Positions 1 to 14,680 are shown, counted from the whole stretch's first letter. The stretch: DNA of 43,577 nt, filler included, from Catajapyx aquilonaris (GCA_000934665.2; 2 parts of 2 records of this genome joined end to end with filler, not necessarily neighbours in it); one strand, 5' to 3'. Program-made: numbers and translations. The notes: generated by a model not told the origin, from the letters alone.

Positions 1-1997
1 AAAAATATTAAGCACACCTCCTAATACCATGTTTAAGTTGGCAGTTGTGAAAATGGCGCCTGCGCACAAGAACTTGCAGCCGGTAATAGGCTCATATCGA
101 GTTTAAAACGCAGATTCGAATGGAATGCATAGGATTGAACAGCATTTCCTGCTGCATCGGTTGCGTATGTTTCCCTGATTTTAGCCCTTCTTATTAACAT
201 TCCAATTCTAGACTCTCATTTGATTAGCAAGTCGCTTCATTTCCACCTTAATCGAGTGCAGCTGAAGCATCCCGGGAGGAGGCAACTCTGAAGCCAGTTA
301 CATAGATGCAGACTCCACCACAAGCCAAGTCGTCATATATGAAAAGGACGACAAGTAGTTCTGCACCAGGGAATCATTGATGATTCAAGTATCTGACGAA
401 GTACACAGTTGTCTGCACCATGAGCAAGTAGGCAGGTGGTCAGGAATCCTAGTCATCAAGTGTTCAATGTATTTCGCCCAAGGCTATATGCAAATCTGCA
501 GCATTGAAATCAAAAGGTTATCACTCAACTATAGTAACATGAACATCACTCCTATCAAGCGTCGTAAAGCGTGGTAACCGGTAAAATATCTAGCAATGTG
601 CAATTTGCAAGGTATGCACAATATGTGAATGAACATTATTATTTAGCTGGGGAGTAACAGCCAATCTCATAATCATCATCCTTGCAAGTGACTTGCTTAA
701 AAATCCACACTAGTTATATGGTGCCGCTGCACACACTTAAAAAGTGTACAGTACTTGTGCAAATTGACTGCACCTACAAACCCTAAAATGCAATCTAGAC
801 TTGAAATAATTCCCCTCACATAATTATGACATGATAAGTTACCGGGAATAACCAGACGATCCAGACTCATCAATCTTTCATTTACACTTCACACAAAGCT
901 GGAAACAATCCTCTTCAACCAATTCAGTGTCATAATTGTTATCTTAACACCCACACATCAAGTATGCAATGAAATTGTAAGCACAGATTTTTCTGTAAAT
1001 TTGTCACATCTGATCACACGCATGAAGCATGTCATACTTATGAGTTATGAGACATGAATTCTTGTCCAGACATCCGAAGACCAGGAAACTTGGGGGGACC
1101 TGAAGACATACCAGAGGCTGAGAGAGTGGCCAGCCGGGAATTCGACGATACTTCACGCAAAAAGGTTACAAAGACTATTCTTTACCTGCCATACAAATCT
1201 GCTCTGATGATGTTCATTAGCAGACTAGTAATACACAACGACTTCAGTGTACACTCCATAATTTCTTCGGCCAAGCCAAAAAAAAATAAAGCGATCTCTG
1301 ATAGTAAATTCAATTTGAACAGACCAATGTTTTAACTTTGGCCTACTCTGGTTTGCATTTTAACTAGTTATGCCTGTTATGCTTTAAAAATCGAAATTAG
1401 TGTTCCCCAACACATTGGAAAATATTTTTTCAACTATCCGTACTTATAATGTAGATGCTACAAGATCTTAAATTAGGTGGTCTTTTTATGATACACCCTG
1501 TCCAGGTTCAAAATAACCTAAAAATTGAAATTGGCGACCCCTAAAACATGGGGAGACAGGTTTTTTACGTACTTAAGATGGTTTAGTTGAGGAGCTATCA
1601 TATTCGTTTGTGTTTTTTCTGATATCAAACACTGTGCAACGTCTCCTTATTCTTGGCTTCATGGTTTCTGGAGTACACAATCTCATGACTTGTCTACACC
1701 TCACACTTTTGGACTGCACATCTAGACGCCACATGTAAAACCAGCCCTTATTCATCCTGAGACTAGAACTGGCCAATGAGTTGGTCAAGCAGGAAAAACA
1801 CCATGAGCTGATGACAACTCCTGAAAGACATGCAGCAGGATTGTATTAATTACAAGCATAGGTTCACTAAGAAGTGGAGAAAAGGAATTATACCACAGAG
1901 CAGCTGGAATGATCCAAAGCATGCCATTAAGACAGCTTACGATAACAACCTACAGAGAAACATCCTTAAATGTTCCAAAATTTGACGCACATAATGT

Positions 1998-2162
1998 TTG
2001 TCACACACACTCAGGTGTACCGTGCAGGTTTGTGAAACTTAAGGTAGCAGGAACGGCTGCGGAGTTTGTAATGTTTTCTCCTGAAATTCAGTATGCTACT
2101 GACTGGGGTAGGTTCAAGGAACTATTCCTGGAGAGGTTTAATCCTGGTTACACTCAGGTGTA
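1998..2162 (+). mobile_element. ~160 bp insertion with a retrotransposon gag-like peptide
   Basis: Absent from the paralogous site at ~5805. Carries the direct repeat ACACTCAGGTGTA at 2007-2019 and 2150-2162. Translates KLKVAGTAAEF...TDWGRFKELFLERF, resembling the W..lK..FlerF motif of Ty3/Gypsy gag. Confidence 0.5.
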
Positions 2163-3209
2163 AGCAGCGTTCTCCCATCCTCCCCAATCAGACTTGAACC
2201 GGTCAACTGTTCATACAATAGAAGCAGGAGAGCAGCAGCCATCTAAGTAGTAAACAGCCTGTCACATTAAAAAAATTACATACCACATTTAAGCAGAGCA
2301 CCAGATTAAATTACATAAGCAATGTGCACCCACTATTACCATTTTTTTTAAAAAAACGAAAAGTATGCTCTAACACTCAAAGACTGACTCATACGGTATA
2401 TCTCCAAACGCCTGCAACACTAGAAGTACAGTTAGAGATTTCTCAACAAAACCGTCTGGATAGCATTTTTCCATGAAATGTGAGGACTTGACATCTACAT
2501 TTATGCTTGTCACTAAAAAGTTCAAAGGCTGCCGAGATTGTATGACTTGACGTCACTACACTGGACGACAATGGTGATACATATGTATCTGCTTGTATGC
2601 TGCCTCTGGATGTACTCCTTAGTGAGGGAGTGGAGGCCTTGACGAAACTGATGAGAATAAGCAAGGGACTCAACACTGCAGACCAGTCATCATGTGAGGA
2701 ATAATGCCTAAAGCGCTTCTGCAGCTGCATCGTCTCGGACTTGAATCAGACAACCAGAATTCAAGCAGCAGCCCGAAAATCTGACTGCTGGTTTTACATT
2801 TACCATGCAACACAGAGTGAAGCAAAATAATCAATCACACCATTTCTCCAGGAACATAATATTCCATGATCCTATTATGTACAATACATTTAACATCCGA
2901 CAATTGCTTCCACTGGACATGCGACCTGCCCACTGAGGCAACCCAAGATTCATGCAAGGTCCTCTTAATTAAGAGCCATGCCACCAGGGCACAAAACTTT
3001 TGAAAAACCTGTGGCCATCTTCTTAATATGACAGACCAGTGTCACAGCTAAATCAAGTATTTATCAGTAATTATGCATCTCTCTACCTTCTCCAAACTCC
3101 AACTATACATGGCAATATAACTGCATCGTATTCACTATACAATTGGCAAATGTTTTCATGGAGATCTGTTGTCATTAATGCAACAAGTGATCCACGTACA
3201 GGTGAAGGT

Positions 3210-3474
3210 CACTTGACAACAATGGCACATTTTCCAGCTATAGTAATACACGTTATGATTTGTACAAATTATCTTTGTTTCCACATTTTTATACTGCGAC
3301 GGGCATATGCCAGAAGTGTGCTTCACCGTTAGTTTTTAAGATTAATTTTCTCTTTTGATTTGTGTGCTCATGATGACGGCGTCAAGCCTGGAAGGCCCTT
3401 CCACTTGACAATGGCACAAGTATTTTCCAGCTATAGTAATACACCTTATGATTTGTACAAATTATCTTTGTTTC
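3210..3474. repeat. Local direct duplication of ~72 bp
   Basis: CACTTGACA..TGGCACA..TTTCCAGCTATAGTAATACAC.TTATGATTTGTACAAATTATCTTTGTTTC occurs at 3210-3281 and 3402-3474. Confidence 0.85.
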
Positions 3475-4659
3475 ATATACGCTGTAACGTGGGGAAAAAG
3501 CTGGTTAAGTTGCATAACCTCAACAGTGCAACCTGAAAAGGGCCAAGTACTGAAATATGCATTGCATGCATGAGCAAGAGTGAACGTCTCATTTGAAAGC
3601 ACATCAGCCGACATAAAATTTCCGTTATTCAAATGGCACATCAGCATGTTATGGTTTCAACCTTGCTTCATAACATCAGCAGACCTGCCATAACATTGTA
3701 GCATCACAATATCCGGAAACGGCGACAACACATAGGCAAGGTGACATTCAGGGATAACAAATACCCAACAACAGCTCAACAAACGAATCAGAAAGACGCA
3801 AACCATCTGAATCAACATCACCATAAAGAACAGGACGTCACAGACCCATTGCCTAATGTTAAAGTCATACACACAGATGAGGTGCACAATGCCAGCAAGC
3901 AATAAGTAAAAATGCTACATGCGTGAAAATTATTAGTAAGTTATCACGTGAGTGTACAGTACAACAGGTGCATATGCACTACATGTCAGTAATCACATTA
4001 CCATTAATGATTAATTAACCATAATAACCAGAACACCCCAACGGTCCATTGCAATATGACTTTGTGGTGTTATGCCAATTCTGGCCTCAAGGGGACAGAA
4101 TTTGAAGGCAAATGAGTAAATCCTCCGACAAGCTAGCCAGCATGTGTGGGCGAAAAAGAACTGCTCTTTCTTTCCAGTTTGGTGACTGAATGGGCACCAT
4201 TATCTTTAAGCTAATGAATAACACTCAATGGACTTACAATATCTGGAGAAAAATTGACACAGAAATCTCTCACAAAACCGTTTTTCAGCATGACTTTCAT
4301 GCTGATCCATTTCCCATCTTAGCCTGTGCACGCAACTGGAAGACTTGACAGTCTGCGTCACGAATGTAAGCGACCTCGGTGGTGCCCTGGGAAATCTAAT
4401 AAGCATCAGCCATCTGGATCTGGCAGTGCGGCGAAAGAATGGCGCACACTGGGGAAGTTGAATGCACTATACCTGACGTACCAACCAAATTCGGATTGAG
4501 AACATGTAAAACCAGGGAAAGGCGAAGGAATATTCTCAAAACCTGATACTTTCGGTTTTAGGGGGAGCTATATCGAGCAATGTGGAATTTGCAGGGTATA
4601 AAAATGTGCATGAACATTTTACCAGGACGCAGGTTTAATTATATTGCTCCGGTTAGTCA

Positions 4660-7400
4660 ATGCAGCCGAGACTTCATAATAATTCCCCTCACATGTGACA
4701 GGAAAATTTCCCAGGAAACACCAGATGATACTGCGACTTCAGTCTTTCATATGTGGACTTCAGAGAAAGCTGGAAATGATCCTCTTTAACATATACAGTG
4801 TCAGAAATGTTACTTGAATACCCACATATCTACAGACATTTAGAATAAAAGCAGTTTCCTGATTGAAGATCATGGCCTAGGATGACTTCACAAACAGACA
4901 ACATTTAAAACGACTATGCTATTGTGTCCCAGATTCCTCTTGTCTCTGTGGGCAGAGTAACTTTTTTTAGTATTAGCGTTAGTATTGCTTAGTATTAGGG
5001 TTTTTAGTATTAGCGCCGTCGAATAATATGTATCACGAAAATGCCATGTTGCCACTTGCCAGTCGGATGTTGTCATTGTACAAGTACTCATTATCTTGCT
5101 TGACTGCTTCGGCGGAAGGCTCGAGGCACTGGTCAGTGGTCACCTCTCTGCCTGGGGAGGGGGCCATGGGCACCCCCCTCCCTCCTCTGCCCCTTCGGGG
5201 GGCAAAAAAGGAATATTACATGTTTCCATATTTTCAATGACTTCAGCACAGTACACCAATGTACTAATAATGCACCATAGATAATACACTGTCAAGATGC
5301 ACTCATAGTTTGTTATCGTCTCATTTTATCTCACTCAATATTTCCATCACAATTTGTTGCAACTTTCAGTACTTTGTTGTTCATACCTCTGAAACTGATT
5401 GTACAAAAGTTGTTCTATACACTCATAACCAGTCAACCATTGCTATGACCACCAATGTTTCATTATTCTTGGTTTAATGGTTTCTGGCATACACAGTCTC
5501 AAATATTGTATACAGCTCTAGACTGCACATCTAGACGCAACATGTAAAACTTTTACCTATTCATCCGGAGACTAGAATTGGCCAATGAGTTGGTCAAAAA
5601 ATCAGGAAAAATACCATGAGCTCATGGCAACTCCTGAAGACATGCAGCAGGATTGTATTACAAGCATTGGGACAATACGAAGTGGAGAAAAGGAACATTG
5701 CGCAGAGCAGTTGGCCAAAGGAATGATCCAGACTATGGCATCAAGACAGCCAATAGCAGCCTAAGTAGAAGCTGCCTAAATGTTCCAAAATTTGAAGCAC
5801 AAAATGTGAGGAATGTTCTTCCATCCTCCCCAATCCGACGGGAACAGGCCAACTGTTCATACAACAGAAGAGATAAGCACTCTTCAAGTAGTAAACAGCC
5901 TGACACGTTAAAAAATTCCATACCACATTTAAGCATAACAGCAGATTACATTACATAAGGAAGGTGCACCCACTATTACCATTAAAAAAAGCAAAAAATA
6001 TGCTTTAACACTCAAAAGACTGATTCATACAGGATATCTCGAAATGCCTGCAACACTATAGCAATTTCTCAACATATCCCTCCAGAGGTTACTTTTCCAG
6101 GAAATGTTAAGACTTGGCATCTACATTTATGCTGGACAGTTAAAAGCCTGCCAATTGCATAATTTTTCACTGAATGACAGTTGTGACTGATGACAGTGTA
6201 TCTGCATGCACTCCTTTGTATTTACTCCTTAATACGTGAGAGAACGCCTTGACAAAACGGAATGAAATGTCTACGAGAATAAGCAAGCGACTACGCACTG
6301 CAGACCTGTCCAGAACTGCCCTGCTGCAAAAAACATCATCATGTGTGGAATAATGCCTGAAGCGCTTCTGCAGTAGGATCCCGCCCTGTTGCTGCACACT
6401 CCGACTTGAATCAGGCAACCTTATTTCAAGTAGCAGTCAGAAAATCTTACAGCTGGATTCACATCTACCAGACAAGACACAGTGCATCAAAAATATCAGT
6501 CACACCATTTCTCCAGGAACATAATATTCCAGCAATCCTTTATACACGATATATTTAACATGCGACAATTGTTTCCACTGGACATGCATCCTGCCCACTG
6601 CCGCAAACCAAGATTCGTACAAGGTCAGCATGATTAAGACAGAACCCATGCCGCCAGGGCATCTACTTAATTATAGGCCAGTGCCACTGCTAAATCGAGT
6701 ATGACCCACTTTTTTACCTTCTCCAAACTCCAACAATGCATTGCAGTAACTCCATCCAATTCACTACATAATAATAATTGGCCAAAAGTCTTAATGGTGA
6801 TATCTGATGTCATTAATGAACACATTCGAGATCCATAGAGGTGAAGGGCACATGATGAAAATGGAAAAGAGAATGGATGAGACTATACACCTTCCGACTT
6901 TGCACAAATTACCTTCGTTTTATGTAAGCTGTAATGTGGGAAAAAAGCTGATGAAATTTACAACACTAATGAAGACTGAAATCAAAGTTGCACCACTTTA
7001 GCATCTAATAACAACTTCAATGCCACCAGAATAAGACCCAAGTTCTGCAATAAGTCAATGAATTACATGTACTTGAACGCACATGGCTTCCCATGTTCAT
7101 TACTCAAAAGGTCACATTAGCTTCTGTTTTGGTTTTTTTCTACTTCATAACATCAGCATACTCTAATCGTCATAAATATTGTAGCTGGAAATGGCGACAC
7201 ATAAAAACACAATGAATCGACACAGCGACCATGACGGCGGACTTTCCCATTGCCAAAATAATATTCAAGCGTTACCCCCTGCCGAGGTGCACAAAATCCC
7301 AACAATTAGTCAAAATGCAATGGGTCTGAAAAAATTAGCAAGTTATGTATTACGAGTGTACTGTACTGTTGAGTACATATATTATGTACAACATGCCAGT
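4660..7400 (+). pseudogene. Decayed C2H2 zinc-finger sequence, copy B
   Basis: Paralog of 780-3960. SGEK at 5681-5692; KCEECSSI at 5802-5825 followed by frameshifted TVHTTEE; CVE*CLKRFCSR..ALLLHT from 6342; TCDNC near 6558. Confidence 0.55.
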
Positions 7401-7469
7401 AAAATCAGAATGGACCAAAAAAATTCTTTCCACTTCTGCCCTTGCAAGCTAGGTCCATCCAAACTGTGC

Positions 7470-8410
7470 TAGCAGACCAGGGGCGAGCACAGGGGCAGCC
7501 AATAGTCGACTGTCGACCTGGGGGCGGCCCCTGGGCGGACGCGGGGGCTTGGACACGACGTCTTCTCCCTTCATTCGAACACCTAATGAGGGAGAAGTGA
7601 CGACGCCTCAACGAGATGCACATGTAGACTTGTAAAACAGTACCCAGCACCTCCAATCGTCAAAAAAGGAAACTGCCAGTCCCCATAAGCGTATAAGGAA
7701 AAGTGACATATCAAACATGGCGGACATCACACAACTCTAAAATAATACAGAATCGTTGCGATACAACAAACGCTATTTCAATATGATAGCAGCTACCTGA
7801 AATATTAGGTACAAACTTAATAATTTCCGTAAGGAACTTATCAGAATTAGAGCGTTAAAATATACTCCAGGTTCACTTCCAATTAATTGAGTGCGACATT
7901 CATCCACTTTGAAGGCGCGAACGTGCGGAAATTATCAGTCAGCTAATATGTTAAGCTAATGTCCACCATCGCAAGTAACTGCTATTAAGATTGCACATAA
8001 TGGTGCAATACCAAACGGGCCGCTTTGAACGTGACGTCACAAGCTGTGTCGTTTATTAATTCACCGCTACACAAAGCTACAGTACCTAAAACGGAATTAT
8101 TTTATCATTTATTTTTTATTTGTAGAATTGTATAATTATTTTAGGTACTATAACATATAATATTCTAGGTACTATAACAAAGAGCCATGGGTAGAGGCTA
8201 GAATAGCCTCCAAGAGGCTACCTACGTGACGTCACATCCGTAGCCGTAGCCACCCGCCCACCCACTTTTTTTTCTTCTTCTGGAACGTTCTGGAGCTTGC
8301 CCTTCGAAGGGTCGCTCGCTGCTGCAACCCGGGGCCAACCGACACGGGGCAGGGCATGGGGCAGGGCATGGGGGCAGACGCCTAGGGGCAAGGAAAGGTA
8401 GTCTGCAGGG
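7470..8410. other. CpG/GC-richer island of unknown origin (TE-like or regulatory)
   Basis: G-run-rich ends at 7478-7550 and 8331-8390. GTGACGTCAC palindromes at 8031-8040 and 8226-8235. AACATGGCGG near 7714. No paralog elsewhere in the window. Confidence 0.3.
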
Positions 8411-8539
8411 TAAGAAATGGAAATGTTGTAAGAATTATTCCCAAAGTTCGTTCCAATGGTGACCTTGTGGTGACCTCAGCATACATTACAATTAGTGATT
8501 ATTAGTTGGTTATGTATAGGTATTGACATGTACGTACTT

Positions 8540-11500
8540 TTGTGCCCAATGTAGACACGTTTATTGGAAGCCATTGGAAGGCTGGTAGTACGCAACACTT
8601 GCGATTATTAGAGTGCAAAGTACTGGACAATAAGGTGGTTCAATTGTGGCAATTTCTTGGCTGCAATTGTACAATAAATTCACTAATGGTTCAGTGTCCG
8701 AAAAGGTGCAGGTTTCATGATGGCGTGCTTCGTGTTTTGGTAGCACTTTACCAGACGGAATTATTATGTGTCGGTTTCTTGGCGCTGGTGTTCACTTCCA
8801 GGCAGTGCAGTGCTTCGAAGCAATGGGGTCGCTCACTGGCATTATATACTTTTAACATGATATGGCTTCACATGCGGCATTGGCTTGGTTAGTTCTCGTA
8901 CATCTTGCAGACCACTGTGTGTCAAGAGATTATTATTATTATAGTGCCTGTTGCAGAAGGCCTACTCGCATTGCATGCAGGGTTAATATCCTCCAGAGAT
9001 GTCCGATCTCTCTATGCACACCATATATTCATGGCGTCATCCAGGATAAATTTTCTGCTTCCTCTCAGGTGAAAGCTAGGAGCTTTGTCTCATGTCGGCA
9101 AAACTTATGTTAGTTGTTCGTCCATGTGTTGGTCTGATTTTTGTGCCAATTTTTGCAACAATGTGTGTTGGGACTCGCATGGTTGGTGCTCCATTTGCTG
9201 TTCCCAATTTTCATTCTGTCATGCAACTAGTTAACCTTTCCAAGTGCTTCGTCTGATCTGATGTCACTAGTGACTTGGACATTTGCCTGGTTTCGTGTCA
9301 ATCCACCCACAGGCTGACTTGTGACATAGGTTCCATGCACAGGGTGTCTAAGCTGAGTCCAGAGTGTGTTGCTGGAATATTAAATATGGGTTGCTTGCAT
9401 ATATCCATCATCCTTTATGGGTAATGACAGCTTGTGCAGGGTGTGTGACAATGACCCACATACTGAGTTGAAGTGTGGTGTCTCAAAATTTACTGGTCAT
9501 TCTCTGCCTTCACATGTCCACAGGGATCATTAGTGGTGGCCTCGTCTTTGGGGAGATTTCGTCGCATACGTCACATATCTCCATATATTGTACCTTATTC
9601 TGGTCTTCTCCCGCCATCTCCAGAACTACTACCTCCTGGATATTGTTGACCAAGTTATTTGAAGCCTGGTCTTCATAGACCTGCTGTCCTAGCAACAGTC
9701 CAACAGAAGCCGCTGCCATGCCGCCATCAGACGATCATCTTCCTGGCTGTGTTGTTGGACGGTATCCTTTGTTTGCATTATGTATCCGTTAAAACCTCTA
9801 TCACCCTAAGTCAACAAGTGTGTTTACTATATTTGGAAATACTTGAGAACTCTTGACCTGATGACCCCCCTTTTTTGTAGTGTGGGGATGTGGTTTCGAA
9901 GGCAGAGTGGAATTGGCGCATGGGCAGAACAACAGGTCGGGGTAGTCCAGAGTGTGTTGTTGGAATATTAAATATGGCTTGATTGCATGTGCCACCTTTA
10001 GGGTCTGATTTAGTAGTGTTGTTTTGCCGTTGTTTTAGCACACAAAGAAAAAGCCATATGACTATGTGTGTGTTGAGCTTCTTCATTCCGGAAGACTAAA
10101 GGTTTTATGCCTCCTCTTATGGAAGTAGACTCACTTATTAATATCAGAGAGGAGACAATTTTACCGCAGTCATCCAATCTGCAAATGAAGAACTGGCAGG
10201 CATTTTTATCCTCCCAGATAAATGTAATCTGGCCTTTGGCATGGGTTGGCTTACTTCAGGGTGATCGATGTCTTTGTGTTTAAGTGTGGACATGTTGCAC
10301 CTGAGCAATCACTGGACCATCCAATTATGGTATTATTGGTACATTCTCTGACAGGTTGGGAGTTAACAATATCCAATATATTTTTCCTTAGAACAATTGT
10401 GCTGGGTGCTCCTAACAGTGTGTTCTTCGTGTGATGCATTCTTGTGTCTGCAGTGATTGTCAGCATGGTATGCATGTGTCTTTAGTTTGTGGTGCACATA
10501 ATCTGCTTTAGTTTTCTTTCGGAAACGCATGCAGCATAATAATGTTGGTGTTTGTGTTACTTGAAGGGATTATTTATTGTTCTGCAGGGGCATGCTGCTG
10601 TTGCTGCATAGGTGTCCGCTGGTGGCCTAGTACACATGCATATGTATGGGATGAGTGTATGTTCATCATCCACCACAATTCCTGTGTAAAATCTTGCATT
10701 TGCAAGAAAGCTATATGTGAGATTTGTGCGTATGCGTAACATGTTTGATTTTCAGTCCAGATTTTCAGTAGCATAACACTGATGTAAGTAGTATTTGGAA
10801 TGAATAAAGGTTGGAAGTCTTCTACCACAGCACACAATGGACTTTTGTAATTGTGGTAACATTGTAAATTCCAACTAGTGCACAATATACGTACTTTAAT
10901 GATATCTGTCAATATTTTGAGCATTTCCTGGTTTTGTCATGTTCAGCGTCCTTCTCAGCTGTCTGGTCTTCTGGTAGCTTGGATCTCTTTCGTCATAGCT
11001 TGTTGCGCCTTTGCAGTTAGGATGTTTCTTATGAATGACCAAGCATTGCATAACTGTACTTTACCATAATTTAATGAGTGGAAGTGTGTAGAGTGGCTTT
11101 AGACAGGTTTATTGATCCTGTGTGTGAAGTTTACCCTTCATTAGCGAGAACTTGCACATATTCTTAGTTAAGGATACAAAGTCATATAAATATGACGAAA
11201 ATAGCACACAATAAGTTTGACTTCATCCAGGGTATGTCCTCTCTTGCCCTCAGGTAAACACTGAGCTTTGCTGAATGATTTTCTGGAGTTCTTCTGCCAT
11301 GTGTTGCCCTATGTTACACTGGTCTCATTTTTGCAACGATGGATGTTGTCTATGATGTTGGTTGGTTGCTCCATTTGGCTTTCTTAATTTTCATTCTGTC
11401 ATGCAACTTGATACCTTTCCAAGTTCCTCCTCTGATCTGATGTCACTAGTGACTTAGATATTTGCCTGGTTTCGTGGCAATCCACCCACAGTCTGGCGTG

Positions 11501-13260
11501 TGACATATGTTCCAAGTACTGGTTGCGTAAGCGGAGTCTGTGTTGCTGGAATATTAAATATGGGTTGATGCATGTATCCGTCGTAGTTATGAGTCATTAG
11601 TAGTGTACAGGGTGTATGATGGTGGCCCATACTGAGTTGAAGTGTGGTATAGCAAAATTTACTGGTCATATTTCACAGTGAAGCATGACTCGAGAGGCTT
11701 TCCGATGATGATCAGTGCGTGAGTATCAATGGTTAAATAATAGTCATTTTAGCGCCAAGGAAGGTACAAAAACACATGTTCTTTCCTTTAATATCAGTTA
11801 ATTTCCTACCAAGCTATGAAGGCCATATGACTAAATATGTTGAGCTTCATCATTCCAGGAGTCTAAAGGTTTTTTTTCTCCTGTTATTGAAGTAGACGCA
11901 CTAATTAACTAAAGCTGATGGGCGCTACAGGGGGTGAATACCACTGATGTCATCGGGTCGTGTCGCGATCAAAATCAGCAGCGGAAAACACAAGAAATGA
12001 AACGAGGCGATTCGATATCGATTATCCAAGATCTGCAAATCTCCCCAAAAAAATTTAAGCCGGCTTTCGGCATGAGTTGGCTTACCTTCCAGTTGTCCGG
12101 CTGTAATTTGGACAGGTTGCATGGGAGCAACCACTGGACCATCCAGTTACATATTATTGGTATATTCTACAGGTTGGGGTTTACAATATCCATAATGGAT
12201 AAACCAAACCACTGGGATCATCTTTAGACCTGACATCAAGCAGTATGTCTTCCTTCGAAAACTTTCTGCTGGTTTCTCCTAACAGTGTTCTTAGCGTGAT
12301 GCATTCATGTATCTGTAATGATTGTCAGCATATTCCGCATGTATCTTTAGTTTGTGGTGCATATAATCTGTTTTGAGTTTTCTTTCGGAAGGGCATGTAG
12401 TACATGTGGGTTTTTGTGAGAGACTTTAAGGATTAGTTCACCCCTTGTTGCTGCCGAGTAGTCGGCTGGTGGCTGCCAATATACATACATTTATGGATTG
12501 GATGAGATTCATCATCCACCACAGGTTCTGTTCTGTGTAAATGGTAAAGCCTTGTGTTTGCAATAAATAGCTAGATGTGGGAGTGATTTGTGGAGATGCG
12601 TAACATGTTCGACATTCAGTGGATTTCATTGTAGTCAGGAACTATTTGTCGCAAACTTTTTGAAAATCCAGGAAATGATTTAACATTATCATTGTAAATC
12701 TGAAAATATTTTGAGCATATCCTTGTTCTGTCATGTTCAGCTTCCTTGTCATCTGTCTGGTCTTCGGGGACCTTTCTCTCTGCCTTCACAACTTGCCTGA
12801 TGCTGGTGAATGGACTGGATTAAGGAGATGGAGTTTGATGACTTTTCTACTCCTTTGCAGTTAGGAATGTTATTAATGTTTCTTTTGAATGACCGGGCAT
12901 CACATCAACTGTACCGGCTTACCATGCTCGGATTGTTGAAGTCTCTGGATGGATATTACATTCATTGCCACAGTGTGAGAAGTTTACCCTTCAGTAGCGA
13001 CACAGAGATTATTACTTCTGGATACAGTGTCTGTAATGGTGGCAAAAATAGCAGATAGATAAACAGATGGCAAATATGATAATACATGCTTTTATAAATC
13101 TACAGACAGTATGAGAAAAGTGTTACACTTGGCATTACTAACTAAACGTGAAGACTGTTCTGTGTTGATTTATTAATATATTCTCTCTAATGTGACAGAG
13201 TTTTTTATGTATGACATATTCATTTGAGTGTTGTCGGTGATTTCAACAATGTGCAAAGGG
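8540..13260 (-). pseudogene. Decayed, internally duplicated C2H2 zinc-finger sequence
   Basis: Minus-strand relics in correct register: CMQCE*AFCNRHYNNNNLLTHSG (8911-8979), KPTCTTCPSERKLKTDYMHHKLKIH (12338-12413; Cx2Cx12Hx4H), YCTI..KKLPQLNHLIV (~8625-8675), ECRTC (~12603-12617). Internal paralogy: 9190-9500 vs 11345-11670; 10300-10760 vs 12120-12630. Confidence 0.6.
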
Positions 13261-13699
13261 GCTGGAGTACACATGCTAACATGCCTTGCATGAAGCTGAC
13301 TCATTGCGCAAAGGCCAATAGGCATAAAGGGAAACGAAATTTGAAGCTGCAAATTTATTCAAAAGAAGATGAGGGAAAACAAAATTAAGGCCTTCTCTGA
13401 GTCGCTAAGGGTACAAACCCAATTATCCTGTACAACTACCATACAATATGCCACAGAATCTATGTATCATTAATTATCCTTGTGTAGCTGCAATTCTCAA
13501 AGAGAAGGCCGATTGGTGCTCACTACTCTACTCTGTTTGCTGCATGGTCCAAGGTCCTTCACATTTACAATAGTGAGATGCACTGATCACTGGTGTATTC
13601 CAATAAGGTGTCCAGTCCATAGAGACTGCTCTTCTCGAACACCACATTTTAAGTTCAGTACCAATTTTCAACACTGTAGTAGTTGGAAGTACATCCAGT

Positions 13700-14680
13700 A
13701 AATGGGGGTAGCATATGATATGAAAAGTAAATATTTGGTCATGCTATCATATGTGAAGTAATGTTTTTAAGCATAGAGAGAGAGGTACACACCAATAGTG
13801 CCAATGATGTGTGGTGTAGCCAACAAGTAATAAACCTAGCGAGATTCTCAACCAGCACATGTCTGGCCTATTTTCTTCATGACTGTCTAGACCCAGGATA
13901 CCGACATACAGCATTGGTTTGGGTAGTACTGTGCAGTATCGGGCATCTAGAAGGCTTCTCACAAAGTTTCCCCTACCTGTTTATGGAATACAGGTTGAAT
14001 GCATCCAGTACAACTATGTAAGTGGTTTTTATTATTTTCAAAGAACTTCGACATTGTGCAGTTTTATACAGCCTTGATATCAACACACTGGGATTGGACA
14101 GGTGCATGTTCATCTTCCACCGCATCCTTTTTGTTGTAAAATCCTCTACTTGGTATTTGCAGGAAAGCGGTGCACAAACATGGGCTTTCAAATGCCTTGT
14201 TTGGTACAGTACTTTTTAAGTCGCTCTACTGGCGTCTTGGGCACTTGACGTGATGCAGATGAGCCAAATAGCCAATATACACTCTGTATTATTGGTACCA
14301 AACTGCCAAGCCGCTTTAGTTTAGTCAATCACCATACAAAATGCTCCGTAGTGCTTTTTTTTTCACTGGAAATGTTTAATGCACATTTCTTTCGGCTTTG
14401 ATCTAATGTCACTTGAACCGTTACCTTTGTGGTGCTGCACACAGGCGCAATTTGCTTTGTGTTCGTATCTGTATGGGTTGTGGTTCTGGTGCTGGATTTG
14501 GTCAAAGAAACTGCTCGTTATCGGTTGTGATGAATGAGACTGTCAAAACGCTGGACATTGTTGTCATAATTCTCTTTGCGGTGACCGTTTGCAGTTATCA
14601 TTATCCTGTTTGAGCTGAAGTACGAGTATAAGATGTGACAATTATTGTTGTGTTAAACAGACTATTTTTATGCCTGCCAC
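13700..14680 (-). pseudogene. Decayed ZF exon with a surviving splice acceptor
   Basis: Acceptor ttttgttcctacag|GTGGCA (exon starts at 14680) with a ctaat branch-like motif at ~14704-14708. Relic motifs RHLKAH, PLSCKY..FTTK, LYKTAQCRSS, EKPSRC. The lower boundary is uncertain. Confidence 0.5.

Larger units (their letters stand above)
780..3960 (+). pseudogene. Decayed C2H2 zinc-finger sequence, copy A of a ~3 kb tandem duplication
   Basis: Collinear with 4660-7400 (e.g. 1651-1990 vs 5468-5800; 2820-2960 vs 6480-6625). Plus-strand relics: AGT GGA GAA AAG (SGEK linker) at 1873-1884, TVHT..GE..P near 2207-2245, CEE*CLKRF from 2693. Many stops and frameshifts. Boundaries approximate. Confidence 0.55.

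Noticed and set aside
40..75. Promoter suggested by AAAATGGCG and TGCGCA motifs
   Set aside because: These are short motifs only; no linked exon or gene can be supported.
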